A stretch of DNA of 64,000 nt from Octopus vulgaris (lineage: Eukaryota). The notes under the pieces were generated by a model. That model was not told where the DNA came from. It saw only the letters and a list, made by a program, of their open reading frames with translations, and made no database searches. The DNA is taken from assembly GCA_951406725.2 (NCBI GenBank), contig OX597815.1, positions 76,136,001 through 76,200,000 on the forward strand, written 5' to 3'. Below, piece after piece: positions 1-13,700 of this stretch. The position numbers were made by a program, and so were the translations under genes. Position 1 is the stretch's first letter, and the number at the start of each line of letters is the position of its first letter.

Positions 1-289
1 AGTTTGACTGGAACTAGTAAACTGGAGAGCTGGACTCTGTTTTGGCTTGGTTTCTACAGCTGGATGCCCTTCCTAATACCAGCATTGGTGCCTTTTATGT
101 GTCAGAAAAAGAATAACTGTTTATTATCTATTTTTGATGGATTGTATTTTAATGATACATACATATAATACAGTTGCCTGTATTTGCATGCACATGAATA
201 AGTAAATACTGAAAGCTTTTTATTTATGTCATTTCTAACATCTTTTTTTTATTTGTTAATCAATTTTAAATTAAATTCTTTTTCCATAG

Positions 290-334
290 CAATGGAGGTT
301 TCTTTACCAAAATTTCATCGGGCAAATGGACATG
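290..334 (+). CDS. REPS1: REPS1 exon (MEVSLPKFHRANGH), tail of first EH region
   Basis: ttttccatag acceptor, G|gtaagt donor, phase 1-1; EVSLPKF resembles DLPLPRF of REPS1. Confidence 0.8.
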
Positions 335-548
335 GTAAGTTTGTTTCTTATATTTTCACAAGTTGACTTGCTTTTTGTTACTTTTATTTTTTTTTATAAG
401 GCTTAGTCAGAGGAAAAAGGACTGTACCCTTGACCTTTGTAGGGCCCCCAAGACTGGTGGGGTGGGAGGAGGAGGAATAAACTGTGACTCCAGGGTTGCT
501 GATGTAGGAAGCAGCACATCAGTGTTGAATTATTTTCAGGTTGAACTC

Positions 549-581
<33 letters not shown>

Positions 582-583
<2 letters not shown>

Positions 584-906
584 TCTTTTATTTGTTTGTC
601 ATTTGACTGTGGCTATGCTAGAGCACCACCTTTAGTCGAACAAATCAACCCCAGGACTTCTTCTTTGTAAGCCTAGTACTTTGCTGAACCGCTAAATTAT
701 GGGAATGTAGACATGCCATCATTGGTTGTCAAGTGATGCTGGGAGACACACACACACACGACGGGCTGCTTTCAGTTTCCATTTACCAAATCCATTCACA
801 AGGCTTTTGGTCGGTCTGAGGCTTTAGTAGGAGACACTTGCCCAAGGTGCCACACTGTGGGACTGAACCTGGAACCATGTGGCTACTTACCACACAGCCA
901 CTCCTG
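582..906 (-). mobile_element. tRNA-derived SINE, family A
   Basis: Reverse complement of the copy at 40105-40480. Other copies or fragments lie near 2500-3923 (split), 14800-14910, 20440-20570, 24900-25375, 31290-31680, 33110-33368 and 62585-62970. Confidence 0.8.
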
Positions 907-2567
907 TATAAAACCGCACTTTTTGCTTTACCATTTTCATGTCAAAATACATTTTTCTGTGGACAATTATCTATCATTTGAAAGTTCTGGGTGTGAATTT
1001 TCTTATATGTTTGATCAAAATCCAACACTTACATATCATGCCAGGTCCTTTTGGTCACCCTTGTATTTTGCACCCATTCATGTATGTCCTGTTTCAATGC
1101 ACTGGAGCACTGTAACTCAGTTTGTGTTGAAAATAATACAACCATGAAAAGGATTTTTTTTTTTGGCTTATTTTGATATAAAAATCAATAGGAGTATTTT
1201 TCTCCATGTAAACACAATTTATGGAATGATGATGTGGAAGTAATACAGATCTTGTTTAACCTAAGAGTGGTCCTTTGCTGGGATTTAAGGAATAACAAAA
1301 AAAAATTTTGTAATTTAAATTTTTAACCCACCCCTGCACCAGATAAGTCCGTGTGTGTGTGAAAGAAAAAACAAAATTTACTAACAGAAAAGTGTCTTAC
1401 TAAATTATCTTTTTTAAATCACTGTTGATAAATCTCAGCAATAACTTCAGGCTCTCCAATATTTTAAAATTATTAATAGAAACAAAGGTGGGTGGGTGGG
1501 TTTGAAAAAATCATGAGTTTTCAATTTTTTTCTTTATTATCATACTTTTCTGTTAATAAATGTTTTTTTACAATGCACACACACACAAACTCAGTGCTGA
1601 GTGGGGAGAAATGAGGAAGGGACCATGTGGTTGTGGGATGTGCTTGAAACAGCTAAATCTCCCTTGAACCACACAACACACCTTTTTGTCATAAAATAAT
1701 TTTCAAAAATAATTTTTCTTTTTATTGGAAAGGCTTCTCCCATCATTTTGAAGTGCCAAAAAAATTGGTCAAAATTGGTCCAGATTTTTCCAAATTTTTT
1801 TTTCCACAAAAAACTTCCCCCTACCATTTCCAAAGGCACAGTGAGAGAAAAAATTGGAAAAATTTCAATGAAAATGGAGAAAAACCAACTGATGTAGGCA
1901 ACCTGATCCAAAACTTTACCATTTAATGGTTTATAGCCATTTTAAATAGTTCATTAAAATTTCATTGAAATGGTATCATGTCCCAAAATCTCAGGATTTA
2001 TTTAGTCCTATGCTTACTACAAATGTGCCAGAACTTAAGTCTCTGTGGTTTGTACTTTTGGATTTAGCTAGGTCTGAAAACACATGAAAAGCTTACACTT
2101 GTGAAATACACTGTTACATGCAACAACATAGGTTTTACATAAATATTTTAAAAATTGCCTAAAAAAAAAAAGAAAGTTTCATTAAAGAAAAAAAAAAAGG
2201 CAGCTGCTATCCCCTGGACACTCTTAGTTTGTGTAATTTGAAGATGATTACCGCCTCAGTTTCAAAGATACGACATCACAAATATGGCTAATTCATTTAG
2301 GCTTAGCCACGGTTTTGACCAATTCGCTGACCATTCAGTTTATCATATTTTCTTAAAATATTCATCCCAATTTCACCAATGAGGTATCAAAATGTTTCTT
2401 TTAGGATGTTCTCCCCCCCCACAAAAAAAGTACAGTAGAAGTCAGATTTAAACATTTTCAAAAATTCATAGTGATACCTGTTATTAATACTTTTTAAGAA
2501 AGGCTATGTTACAGGGATGTAAAGAAACTAACATCAGTCACCAAGTGGTGGTGGGAGACAAAGATAC

Positions 2568-2605
<38 letters not shown>

Positions 2606-2606
2606 A

Positions 2607-3742
2607 TCTCTATATATATAAAACTGAGAATGTGTGTGTCTGTCTGTCTCCCTAAAACTTGAGAACTACACAACCAATTTCATTCAAATTTTACACATGC
2701 CTTACTTAGGGACCTAACTTTTTGCCTAGGGCGAGCCCACAGCAATATCATATCTTCTCCACTACGATTTCCTAAAACTTTAGAAATACACAACCAATTT
2801 CATTCAAATTTTACACATGCCATGTAGTTTCATGGGCAAAAAAAATATGTTCAACTTCTTGCCTAGAGCGAGCCCATAGCAATATCATATCTTCTCCACT
2901 ATTTCAGTATTACGTGTTAAAAGTGAAACAAAAACATTTCTCTATTTTATGTCAGATGCTTTCACTTTAACAATAAAAATAATAATAACAATTGAATTAT
3001 ATGTAGTAAGTAATAATTAAAATCAAACTAAAGTATATAATCGTAACATAACAAAAGTAAAATTAGCAATTGGTATAAAATTGTATCAATGATTTGAACT
3101 TGAATAAGTGGTTTCACTTGAATGGGAATAAATTAAAAATAAAATTAGTGTGCAGAAATGGAATAGTTCAGATGGATAATAAAAAATTAAATTAAAGAAA
3201 AGACTATTGTCTATAAAGTATACAATGTAGAAAAAAAAAGATTTGAACACCTGGAGGAAAGCACCTTCGAAAAGTGTCTTGGTGCGACTATGAAAGATAT
3301 CTAACCAGAGGCGGTAAATTCGCCACAATAGAAGCAAGGTTCGAATCAACGGAGTGTGCAAGGGAGTACTCGACTCGAACTTGCAAAGTGGAAATATTTT
3401 ATTTTTACCTTTATATCTAGGATGTAGGACGTCCCGGATAAAAATCAAAAATGCCTCCCCTGCCAGAAGTAGAGGTAGGCTGGATTGTAGCCACACTTCT
3501 ATACAAGAGGGAGGACAAGATACAATTGATCGAAATTACAAGAGACGGGCTAACAATTCCAGTCTGTTATATATTTTGAGTATTGTTATCACTAGCGATA
3601 TCAAGATATAACTTTGTAGTTTGTATTTTATGTGTAGATGTATGTATATATATATAGATGTACATGTAATATGTACACATATATATACACATAGATACAT
3701 GCACTAGCACTATGCCCCGGCAACGACGGGTTATAATGCTAG
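2607..3742 (+). mobile_element. Non-autonomous Helitron nested in a SINE
   Basis: A|TC 5' end, GC hairpin cccggcaacgacggg near a CTAG|T 3' end, no TSD; internal 120-bp tandem duplication at about 2650-2900. Confidence 0.75.
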
Positions 3743-4064
3743 TATATTTATAAAATAGAAGATACAATTGGTTTCTGTGCAGTTTATGTCTACCAAATTC
3801 ACTCAAGGCAATAGTTGGCTTGTGGCAATAGTGGAAGGTGCTTATCCAAGATACTGTGTAGTGGGACTGAACCCAAAACCATGTGGTTGCAAAGTGAGCT
3901 TCTTAACCACACAATCATGCCTGTCTATATATATAAATGTGTAAAAACATTTACTGCCTATATACAGTCTCAGTAAATCTGTCATGTCTGTGTGTAAAAT
4001 CAGTTCCCACCAAAATGGTTGGCCGCCAATAAACAGTTTTCAATTTCATTTAAGTTTATACATA

Positions 4065-5293
4065 CAGGGGCTGGACAAAATAATGGAAACACCTAGCATC
4101 ATAATTTTGAAATATCTATAAAATTGTCAAAAGCTTGTTTATTTTTGTTTTTTGATTTGTTATTAGTGTTGCTTAATGTGTTTTGTTAAAATTGCTGTTT
4201 CTTTTCAGATATCATCAGAAAAAGGTAATTAAAATTCATTAAAATGACAGGTCTATCGGACTTTCAAACAGGTCAAATTGTTGGTGCTTGTATGGCAGGT
4301 GCTAGTGTAATGAAAACAGCTGAAAAATTTGGTGTATCAAGAAGTACTGTCTCAAAAGTAATGACAGACTTTGAGAAAAAGGGAAAAACCTCCTCATCGA
4401 AGCAAAACTCCGGAAGAAAACCAAAACTTTCAGATAGGGACTGTTGGACTCTTACACGAATTGTTAGAAAGTATCACAAAAAGTACAGCTCCCAAAATTA
4501 CTGCAGAGCTTACTGACCACCTTGAGAACCCAGTTTCCACAAAAACTGTTGGCCAGGAGTTGCACGAAGCCGGGTTTCATGGGAGGGCTGCAGTCAGAAA
4601 CAAATCTTGCAAAGTGTAAAAACCTACAGAATTGGTCCCTAGAACAGTGAAAGAATGTTATTTTCTTGGATGAGTCACCCTTTATCATATTTCCAACCAC
4701 CAGCCATGCAGAGACAGTCAACAGAAGCATTTGACCCAGGCTGCCTTCTTCCAACTGTTAAACATGGCGGAGGATCTGTGATGATTGGGGGGGGGGGAGA
4801 CTATATCTTGGAAATCCACTGGCCCAATGGTTTCCCTTCATGGCAGAATTAATAGTCAAGACTATTTAAACATTTTATCTATCAAATTCATCCTATGGTT
4901 GCAGAACTGTTTTCGAAGGGAAACGCAATCTTCCAGGATGATAATGCATCAATTCACACAGCTAAAGTTGTTACTGAATGGCACGAGGAACATTCTAGGG
5001 AAGTTGAACATCTTATCTGGCCACCACAGTCCCCAGATCTCAATATTATTGAACAGTTGTGGTGCATTTTAGAAAATCAGGTAAGGAGTCAATAACCTCC
5101 ACCACCATCACTACAAGAACTGTAGTTTTAGCTGAAGAATGGACAAAAATTCCTTTGGAAACAATTCAAATTTTGTATGAGTTCATACCTCATAGAATTC
5201 AAGCTGTAATTACTGCCAAAGACAGTCCTACCGCATATTAAAATAAATTTGTTTGAAATTTTAAGGTGTTTCCATTATTTTGTCCAACCCCTG
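4065..5293 (+). mobile_element. Tc1-family DNA transposon with frameshifted transposase
   Basis: 30-bp TIRs (caggggctggacaaaataatggaaacacct), TA on both sides; motifs SGRKPKLS, TVKHGGGSVM, FQDDNASIH, WPPQSPDLNIIE. Confidence 0.95.
4244..5241 (+). pseudogene. Tc1 transposase pseudogene
   Basis: Split across ORFs 4244, 4371, 4655, 4785, 4895 and 5059. Confidence 0.9.
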
Positions 5294-6735
5294 TAATTCA
5301 TCTCATGCAGCTGTTGTGAATGCTTTACTAGCACTTTTGAGGTAGATCCATGAGAAGTTATCTTTTATCTCTTTAATATAAATTATAGATTCCTAAATTT
5401 CTTTGAGTTTAGTTGGCTATTTTAGGGATGAATGAAATTAGCAAATTATCAGAATGATTTCAATATAAGTGGTATTTTCCAGTGTTAATTGTCAGAATGA
5501 ATCTTGTTGCTTCAAGTTATCCCAGAAACGCAGTGATTTTGATTTTAGAAGTAAAGTGTTTCTCCAGAGTATACTAGCCATATTGAATCTGGTAAATTAT
5601 GATTCTATAAAAGAGACTGAATATGTATTAGAAAGGATTAAAAAATTTTTTTTTTTTGTAAACTTGTTTAAATATCTTCAACTGCCTTCTATTTGGGTTC
5701 TAATATCTTTTCTTTCTTAGTTTTTCTCTATTTCTGATAAATTATTGATTATCTAAAGGTGAGCAAAGGAATATTATTATTAAGCACAGTTTGTGTTTTA
5801 AAATTTTCTCCCCACCTAACAAACAAAATCGTGATCAATCGTATCAAAACTATTTCTCTTATAATGATTGTAATCAAATGGAAATTCCATTTTAGATGCA
5901 GACAATACAATTCAGAATTTTTACTGTGGAAAAAATCTGTTAAAACACTTTCAATTTATTGCTTTTCTGTTTTTTTGTTGTTGTTGATGAGAATTTTGGT
6001 TTATTTGGAGAAATATTTTAAATAGATTTCAAACCTGTTATCAGCATTTTAAAATTACCCCTTCTCCCCACCTAAATGAGACAAAATGGATTTTTGAAAA
6101 GCAAGCCAAAATAGATAGTTGGAGGTCTATTTGTTTTAACACACATTTTTGGAAACAGATTTAACCAACAAGCTTGTAATCCTAAACCAACAGCTCTCTA
6201 CTGTATATAAAAGTTTGCTGGTTTTTTTTATAGCCTTCTATCAATTTAACCTGCATGGGGCAAATGTTTCTGTGCTATTCTTCCTTGAAGATCATTAGGA
6301 ATTTCCTTTACATTTTTTGTTTTGAACTGTGTTTAGTCCACAGTAGATCTTGAAATATATTTTGGCAGATAGGCAAACAATTTTATTAGAGATTTAGCTG
6401 TATAGTGTATCATAAAGATTCTTGTTTGTCAGTAGTCAGTTATACATGATAAAACATATCCTATATCCGTTTTGTCTTTAAATTATGCTGTCCTCATTTA
6501 GTACTGAAGTTAAGTGACATTTTGGTTGCAGTGTCCTTTTAAGTTAACCTCTACTTCTTCCTTCCATGGTTTTTTTCGCCCCACCCATTCCAACAAAAAA
6601 TATAAAAAAACAAAATCTGTTTTTAATATCCTGTAAGTATCCCTAAAATAGAATATAACTAATGTAGTGTGTGTATGTATGCATGTGTGTGTGTGTGTGT
6701 GTGTGTGTATGCATTTTTGTGTGTATGTATGTATG

Positions 6736-6781
<46 letters not shown>

Positions 6782-6782
<1 letters not shown>

Positions 6783-6944
6783 TTACTGCCCACAAGGGGC
6801 TAAACATAGCGGGGACAAACAAGGACAGACAAAAGGATCAAGTTGATTACATCAACCCCAGTGCGTAACTGGTACTTAATTTATCGACCCCGAAAGGATG
6901 AAAGGCAAAGTCGACCTCGGCGGAATTTGAACTCAGAACGTAAT

Positions 6945-6945
<1 letters not shown>
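6782..6945 (-). mobile_element. SINE family B fragment between (TA)n tracts
   Basis: ctggtacttaatttatcgaccccgaaaggatgaaaggcaaagtcgacc core, also seen at 17465-17670, 18210-18420, 21400-21570, 23118-23335 and 39622-39838. Confidence 0.75.
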
Positions 6946-7000
<55 letters not shown>

Positions 7001-7658
7001 TTAAAAAATCTAATCTTATTACTATTTTTAATACTTACTTATTGGTTGCAAATTTTAATTTTATTGAAATACTATTTTGCTACATTTGTCATTTTAAATA
7101 CTTGTTAAACATAACTTTTAGCTCAAGTTTTAAATCAAGGTTTCAATAATTTTTTGATTATCCTAATATAACACACAAAGAATGATTTATTTTTGCCTCT
7201 CAATGAAATAATACTATGATGTCATATTCAATGAAAATGTTACTGCCAGAATTTCATTTTACATGTTTATATTTTTTTCTGACCTTTTCTCTCTTTTTTA
7301 TCTTAGATAAAGATTGTTTTGTTTGCTAATTTCTGATATGTTTTAGAGAAAGAAGGTTAGTGAAGATAAATAGCTATGGATTACATATCCTCTTAGAGGT
7401 TTGACAAGGAAATTACAATTTTCTAGCAGTGGTGGAAATTATTATGTAAATTAGGGAAATGAAAGCGTCTTTTGTTCATTATGGTGTTTAGATACAAATA
7501 TAAATACATACTAACCTCTCTCCCATTTCCCCCAAAATGAAATAAAGGCATTCTATTCTTTGAGTTGAAATATGAATGACACAAACTTAAGGTGCTTTAT
7601 GATTATATACTACCAGAGGTTAGGGTGGTTGAGAATTAAAGCTTTCACTCAGCTTGGG

Positions 7659-8370
<712 letters not shown>

Positions 8371-8683
8371 TTCTTTCATTGTGTTGTTGTCATGCCAAGA
8401 GTGTTATTTTTCAATACTGTTAAGTAATAGTTATGTACATCACATGATGATAGAAAATAGATTACCATTTGAAATGTAGTATTATGACATGTAGGACGTG
8501 ACTTATAAATTTGTGAATTGGAAGTGAGTTGTTACATTACCTGATTTGGTTGGTTGCTCATTTGTTTGCTAACTTTGATATGAGCTAATGTCTATGACCT
8601 ACCTGAAGAAATGTATTTTGAAGGCTTAATTGGTTAATAAATTAGAACAACATAATATTTTCTTTTTACTTTCTTTCCCCCAG

Positions 8684-8765
8684 AAAAATGGAAAAACCAG
8701 GCCAGCCCAACTATTTCTAGTAATGTGATATCTGGGGAGTCTGATGCCACTCCTATTCAAGATGG
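8684..8765 (+). CDS. REPS1: REPS1 exon (EKWKNQASPTISS...PIQDG)
   Basis: Polypyrimidine tract plus cag acceptor, GG|gtaagt donor; phase 1-2 links the neighbouring exons. Confidence 0.8.
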
Positions 8766-9865
8766 GTAAGTGCATTGTTAAGGCTTAATTTTGTTTCATA
8801 ATCTTCTTTTTTGCTATGTAGAAATATCATTAAATCATAATCATGATGATGCTCTTAACAAATTTAGTTATTATAAAGTTGTTTTGAATATTGTATGGTA
8901 AAGAGATGGCTGTGTGGATAAGGAGATTACTTCCCAATCACATGAGTTAGTGTTTGTATGTTTGTGTCTCTTTCTCTTGATATCTTGTGATAGTTATGAA
9001 TGAGAGTCATTCATTTCCAACATTCTATGAAAGCATATGTGGCCATGCAGGTATATTACTTGGCTTGGAAACAGGTGAGGGTTGGTAATGGGAAGGGCAT
9101 CTGGTTGTTGAAAAATCTGTCTCAATAAACTCCATCTGACCCATGCAAGCATGGAAAAGTGGATGTTAAATGATTGTGATGGTAACCTCATGAATAACTT
9201 CATCAGCAATTATTATAAAACAATAATTATTGTAAAATAACTATTTGTAAATAGCAATCTAGACAAAACTTTATTGCATATACATTGTCATTTAGATTTG
9301 TATAATATCATCACCAGCAGCATTTAACATCCACTTCTTCATGTTTGCATGGGTCAAAGAGAATTTTCTGAGGCAGATTTTCTACATCCAGATGCCCTTC
9401 CTGTCACTATCCCTAACCTGTTTCCAAGCAAAGTTATATTTCCCCATGACCAGACACGTTTTTCATGGAAAACTGAAAACAAACATTACTTGTATGATAG
9501 TGATGCTTATTTAAAACCATCATGTGATGTCAAGACAAGGATTGGTGTGCATGCACACAACACACACACACACACAACACACACACACAACACACACAAC
9601 ACACACAACACACACACACACACACACACACACACCTGATCACCCGAGGTGCCATGCAGTGGGACTGAACCCAAGATCACATGGTTGGAAAAGCTAACTT
9701 CTTTACCACATAAGTCATGCCTGCACCTATATGTAATTTTGTAAATTTATTTTATTTACTTAAAATTATATTGTCAGGAAAATTCAGATTTTTTTCACAC
9801 TAATTCCTCATTCAATATTGTTTTTGTCGTTTGCAATGAAGAATTATTTTTTTTTCCTCTTCCAG

Positions 9866-10046
9866 TGTATGTCCTGTAAACACCAGCAGTGGCAACCAAG
9901 TAACTTCCTCTCGCACAACCTCACAGCCAGCTCTTTCTCAGCCCACAGGACAGTTACCTCCACCTCCAGCAACTAAGAAGTCCCATATACGCAATCTCTC
10001 TGGCCAATACCGCAGTTTAACTGATAATCCTTCACAGTATTCACAG
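9866..10046 (+). CDS. REPS1: REPS1 exon (VCPVNTSS...GQLPPPPATKKSHIRNLSGQ...YSQ)
   Basis: ttcctcttccag acceptor, CAG|gtagac donor, phase 2-0, open frame, Pro/Ser-rich. Confidence 0.85.
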
Positions 10047-10068
10047 GTAGACTTGTTAATTGTTAATA

Positions 10069-10783
10069 TTGGGTTGTCAGATAAACCTGTTTGTTTTTTA
10101 CCATTTACTTTAATCCTTGATTTTTCATCAATATACTTAGTAAATCATTCAGTAATATATTCCTCCTTCATTATTCATGACTTCTTGCCAATGTTCCATA
10201 GCTTACCGATATGGTGACAGTAGATATAACCAGGTTTTGACTCAGAGTTCAGTGAGTCACATTTTCAGCATAACAGCATAACAAAATGCCTCACAGGCTA
10301 TTGGAGAATGACTAAAAAGGGTGACGACACTATATCATGAGACTACCCTATCTGCTGCGCAGGTCCTTACTTGATTTCTGCAGATCCTTGTGGATGAGCT
10401 TGTTTAATTAATCCTCATTGACCTGAACAGGTTGGCTGGAACTTGGTGGAGAGTCTGTCAGGTCCAGTTTACTCTCCTTGAAATGTGGAAACCATTTCTG
10501 TGCCATTCTTTCAGTAATAAGATTTTTTCCATACATAGCTCAAATGTCTTGATTGGCTTTGGTAGTTTTAAAACCTTGATTGAAAGCAGATTTCAAAAAT
10601 GCAAATTTTTTTTTTATATGGTACTTTATTGTTCGTTGTAAGTCTGAAACAAGATAAAATTTATTTAAATTTTTAAAGCAATAGCCAAAAGTAAAGAAAG
10701 AATAGAGCTACAAAAAAAAAAAAAACCCTGTGTTAATCCAAATTACACTGGAAAGAAATGAATTGATTTATCTGACAACCCAA
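10069..10783 (-). mobile_element. Internally deleted mariner remnant
   Basis: TIR ttgggttgtcagataaa...tttatctgacaacccaa with flanking TA; degenerate transposase C-terminus (EYITE) on the minus strand. Confidence 0.75.
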
Positions 10784-13700
10784 TATAATGCTATTTCACA
10801 TTTCAGTTGGTAATAAAAAAGAAAGTAAAACAGGACATTTCCATGTAGTTGAATTTTTAGTTTTGTTTTTTAGTTTTTCCATACTTGAAACTGAAAATTA
10901 CACCATGTAACACGATTTTTATTCTTGAGTAGCAACTGTTATTTCCTATTTGCTTACCCCTAGAAATAACAGAAAATGGCTAATATTTCCTTCTAACTTT
11001 GTATTTGTTATTGCATTTATTGAAACCTCAAAGAACACCTCAACACATTGCTATGATGCTCCCCTACTGCTCATGATCAGAGATGCACATATTGTCAGCC
11101 ACTAAGGGACATGCTCAACTGGTTGAGTTCAAGCAACAGACAAGCAAGTCTGTGGTATTGAGCAAAATATTTACTATAACAGCATTTCTACTTCAGCAAC
11201 TCAGCACTGAATCTGTCTGAAATGCAATGGAAAACAGGCCAGTTTCAAAACGTTGACTTACAGGTCACAAGCAAAGTTTGAAGGGAATAGTTGTCATCTC
11301 TTTTGATTTCTAGATAGAAGCAAATAGGAAACAACACCTACTGGCTAAAGACAAAAAAATAAGTAAATAAATAAAATAAAAATGTACACAGTGTTACTGA
11401 ATGAATGTCTAGTTGTGATCCTCTTAAACTGGGTTATTCAATTGTGCAATGAATCCTACTAATGATCTTAACTGTTGTTTAACAATATAGAGAAAACTGA
11501 AAAATTGTATGGTACCATACAAGTTTTCACAACACTTGTATTTTAAATGAGTCCCTTTTAAAAACTGTATATAAATAAGAATGAAAAATACAAACTACAA
11601 CCTATCTCTCTATTCAATTGGTCTTATGCAGTGTTCTCCACATATAGTAAATAAAAATAGAAGTATATTTAGTACTCAAAACACGTATTTGCGACTAACA
11701 ACCAAAATACCATATTGCATTTCATTTTCTTTTAAACAAACCTCTGTCAAATCTAAATAAGTAGCTTTATTCAGTATATTATGTATTAGTATTACTGATC
11801 ATCTTACTTTATGCATTGTTCTGTCACCTTTTATTAAGATATTTTTCTTTAAAAAAAAAAGTATACCATTTCATTTTGTTTTTGAAGTTGGATCAGAAAA
11901 ATTTTTTTCTGAAAAATAGAAAAAATGCTCCCCGACGACCAACGAGTTTGGGTTACCCCTTGAAGGTCAGTACTCACATCTGCCAACTTGCATGGTGCAC
12001 CGCTCCAGACAGTCAAAGATCTCGCTGTCAGAAAGTGACTACCCTTAGTAATACACATGTAATTTTTAGCTATCACATCTGCACCCATCCCACTGTCACC
12101 TCTTAACATCCCTGCACACACTTGTACACATACATGTATATTCTCTGCTGCTAATGAACCTGTATGTGTACATAATGTATAAACTAAGTAAAATTTACCA
12201 ATTTACATTAAAGAAATTGTTTGAATTACTATACAGCATACACTCACTGCTGTTTTGTATATCTGTCAGTCTTTGTTGTATTCAATTTATGTAGTGCTGT
12301 TTAAACTACATTACTGTATCCCCTCCACTGAAACCATGCACAACTCAGACCAACATCCCCTCCTTACAAATGCCAGGTTTAACAATGTGTGACAAATTAT
12401 ATATCCTATGCAGCAAAAACTGCATTACCAAATTACCTCTAGCAGTTGAGCTAGAAGCAATTAGTAACACTTTATAATGCACATATACCTAAATTCTCTC
12501 TCTCTGTCTCTCACACACACACACAAGATAAAGCTACCTTCTTTATAAGCAATGCATTTCAGTTAACTCTTACTTATTGGCCTCTTCTACAAAGTCATGT
12601 CCGTTTATTTCTACTTGTAGTATGATAATCTTTGCTGCCTTATCTATACCTATAATTCTGTTACATGCAATTATCTCTCATTTCCCTGCATCATCTCATC
12701 TCCCAAACCCCTTATTCATATTATACTTTACACAATACATCTTGCCCACAAAAGTATCCTGCTCATGTTCTCCCACCAAAAACTAACCTGTAGTCCAAAC
12801 TAAACCAAACCCACACTATCATTTATCTTTATCACCAAGGCAAGTTCTATCAATTTGTAGTTTTATACTTTTCATAACATTTATTGATTGTAATCTGCTT
12901 AGTAGAATAATAACCATGTTTATGTAAGTCTGGTTTCTGATAAGATATATTCTTTCATAGTAATTTAACTCTATAAATATTAAATGTTTGTGCATATTGT
13001 ACAATATATATTATACAACATATTGTACAACATGTTCAGTGAACTTTTGCTATTGACTGCTCCTATGTATCTGCCACATATAATGTCTACTTTCTCTGTT
13101 AGCTTTGCCTGTGGTACCATTACATCTCTAGTGTGTCCATAGTTTACGCTAGGTACACTGTATAGAATTTCTACTTGCTTCTTTTGCTGTATATCTAGCA
13201 TGACCAATTTCCTGATGGCAATAGGTTCTGGTCTTTTTTTCTTTTTACTAAAAATTTAGTCTTTGCTAATAGTTAACTTTGAGTCCCTTTAGTTCTTGGT
13301 TTTGCTTTTGTATTCTGCAGGTTCAAAGACTAGGTCATCGTGGACAGACTGTGTTAAACTTCTCAGTTATGGCCTGGAGAACAGAAAGGGCTATGAACTG
13401 AGCCTTGATGGGGTCCCCACTTGCATGCTAAATTTGCCACCTAACTCATTGCTAAAGCTCATCTGTTGACTGCACCTCTGTACTTGGCTTGCTTAGTCGT
13501 CATAAGCCATTCATTTCCTGGTTACTATAAGGACTACTAAACTACGGAGTGTGACACTGTCAAAAGTCAGAGTTTTATTAGTTTTGTTGGGGACAAGGTA
13601 ATTACTCTAGCAGTTAAAATGTATCAAGTACACCACCCTGTGAAGTACTGGGCAAATAAAAACTTACTACATAGAGTTCAAAGGATTTTTAGTCTTGTTA

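Noticed and set aside
1351-1586. Short imperfect inverted repeat
   Set aside because: Low-complexity, degraded MITE-like remnant with no clear TSD.
7290-7335. Acceptor-like tcttag
   Set aside because: An in-frame stop follows within eight codons and there is no donor.
12570-13530. Minus-strand ORFs that may be a decayed retroelement
   Set aside because: No recognisable motif; too degraded to call without BLASTX.
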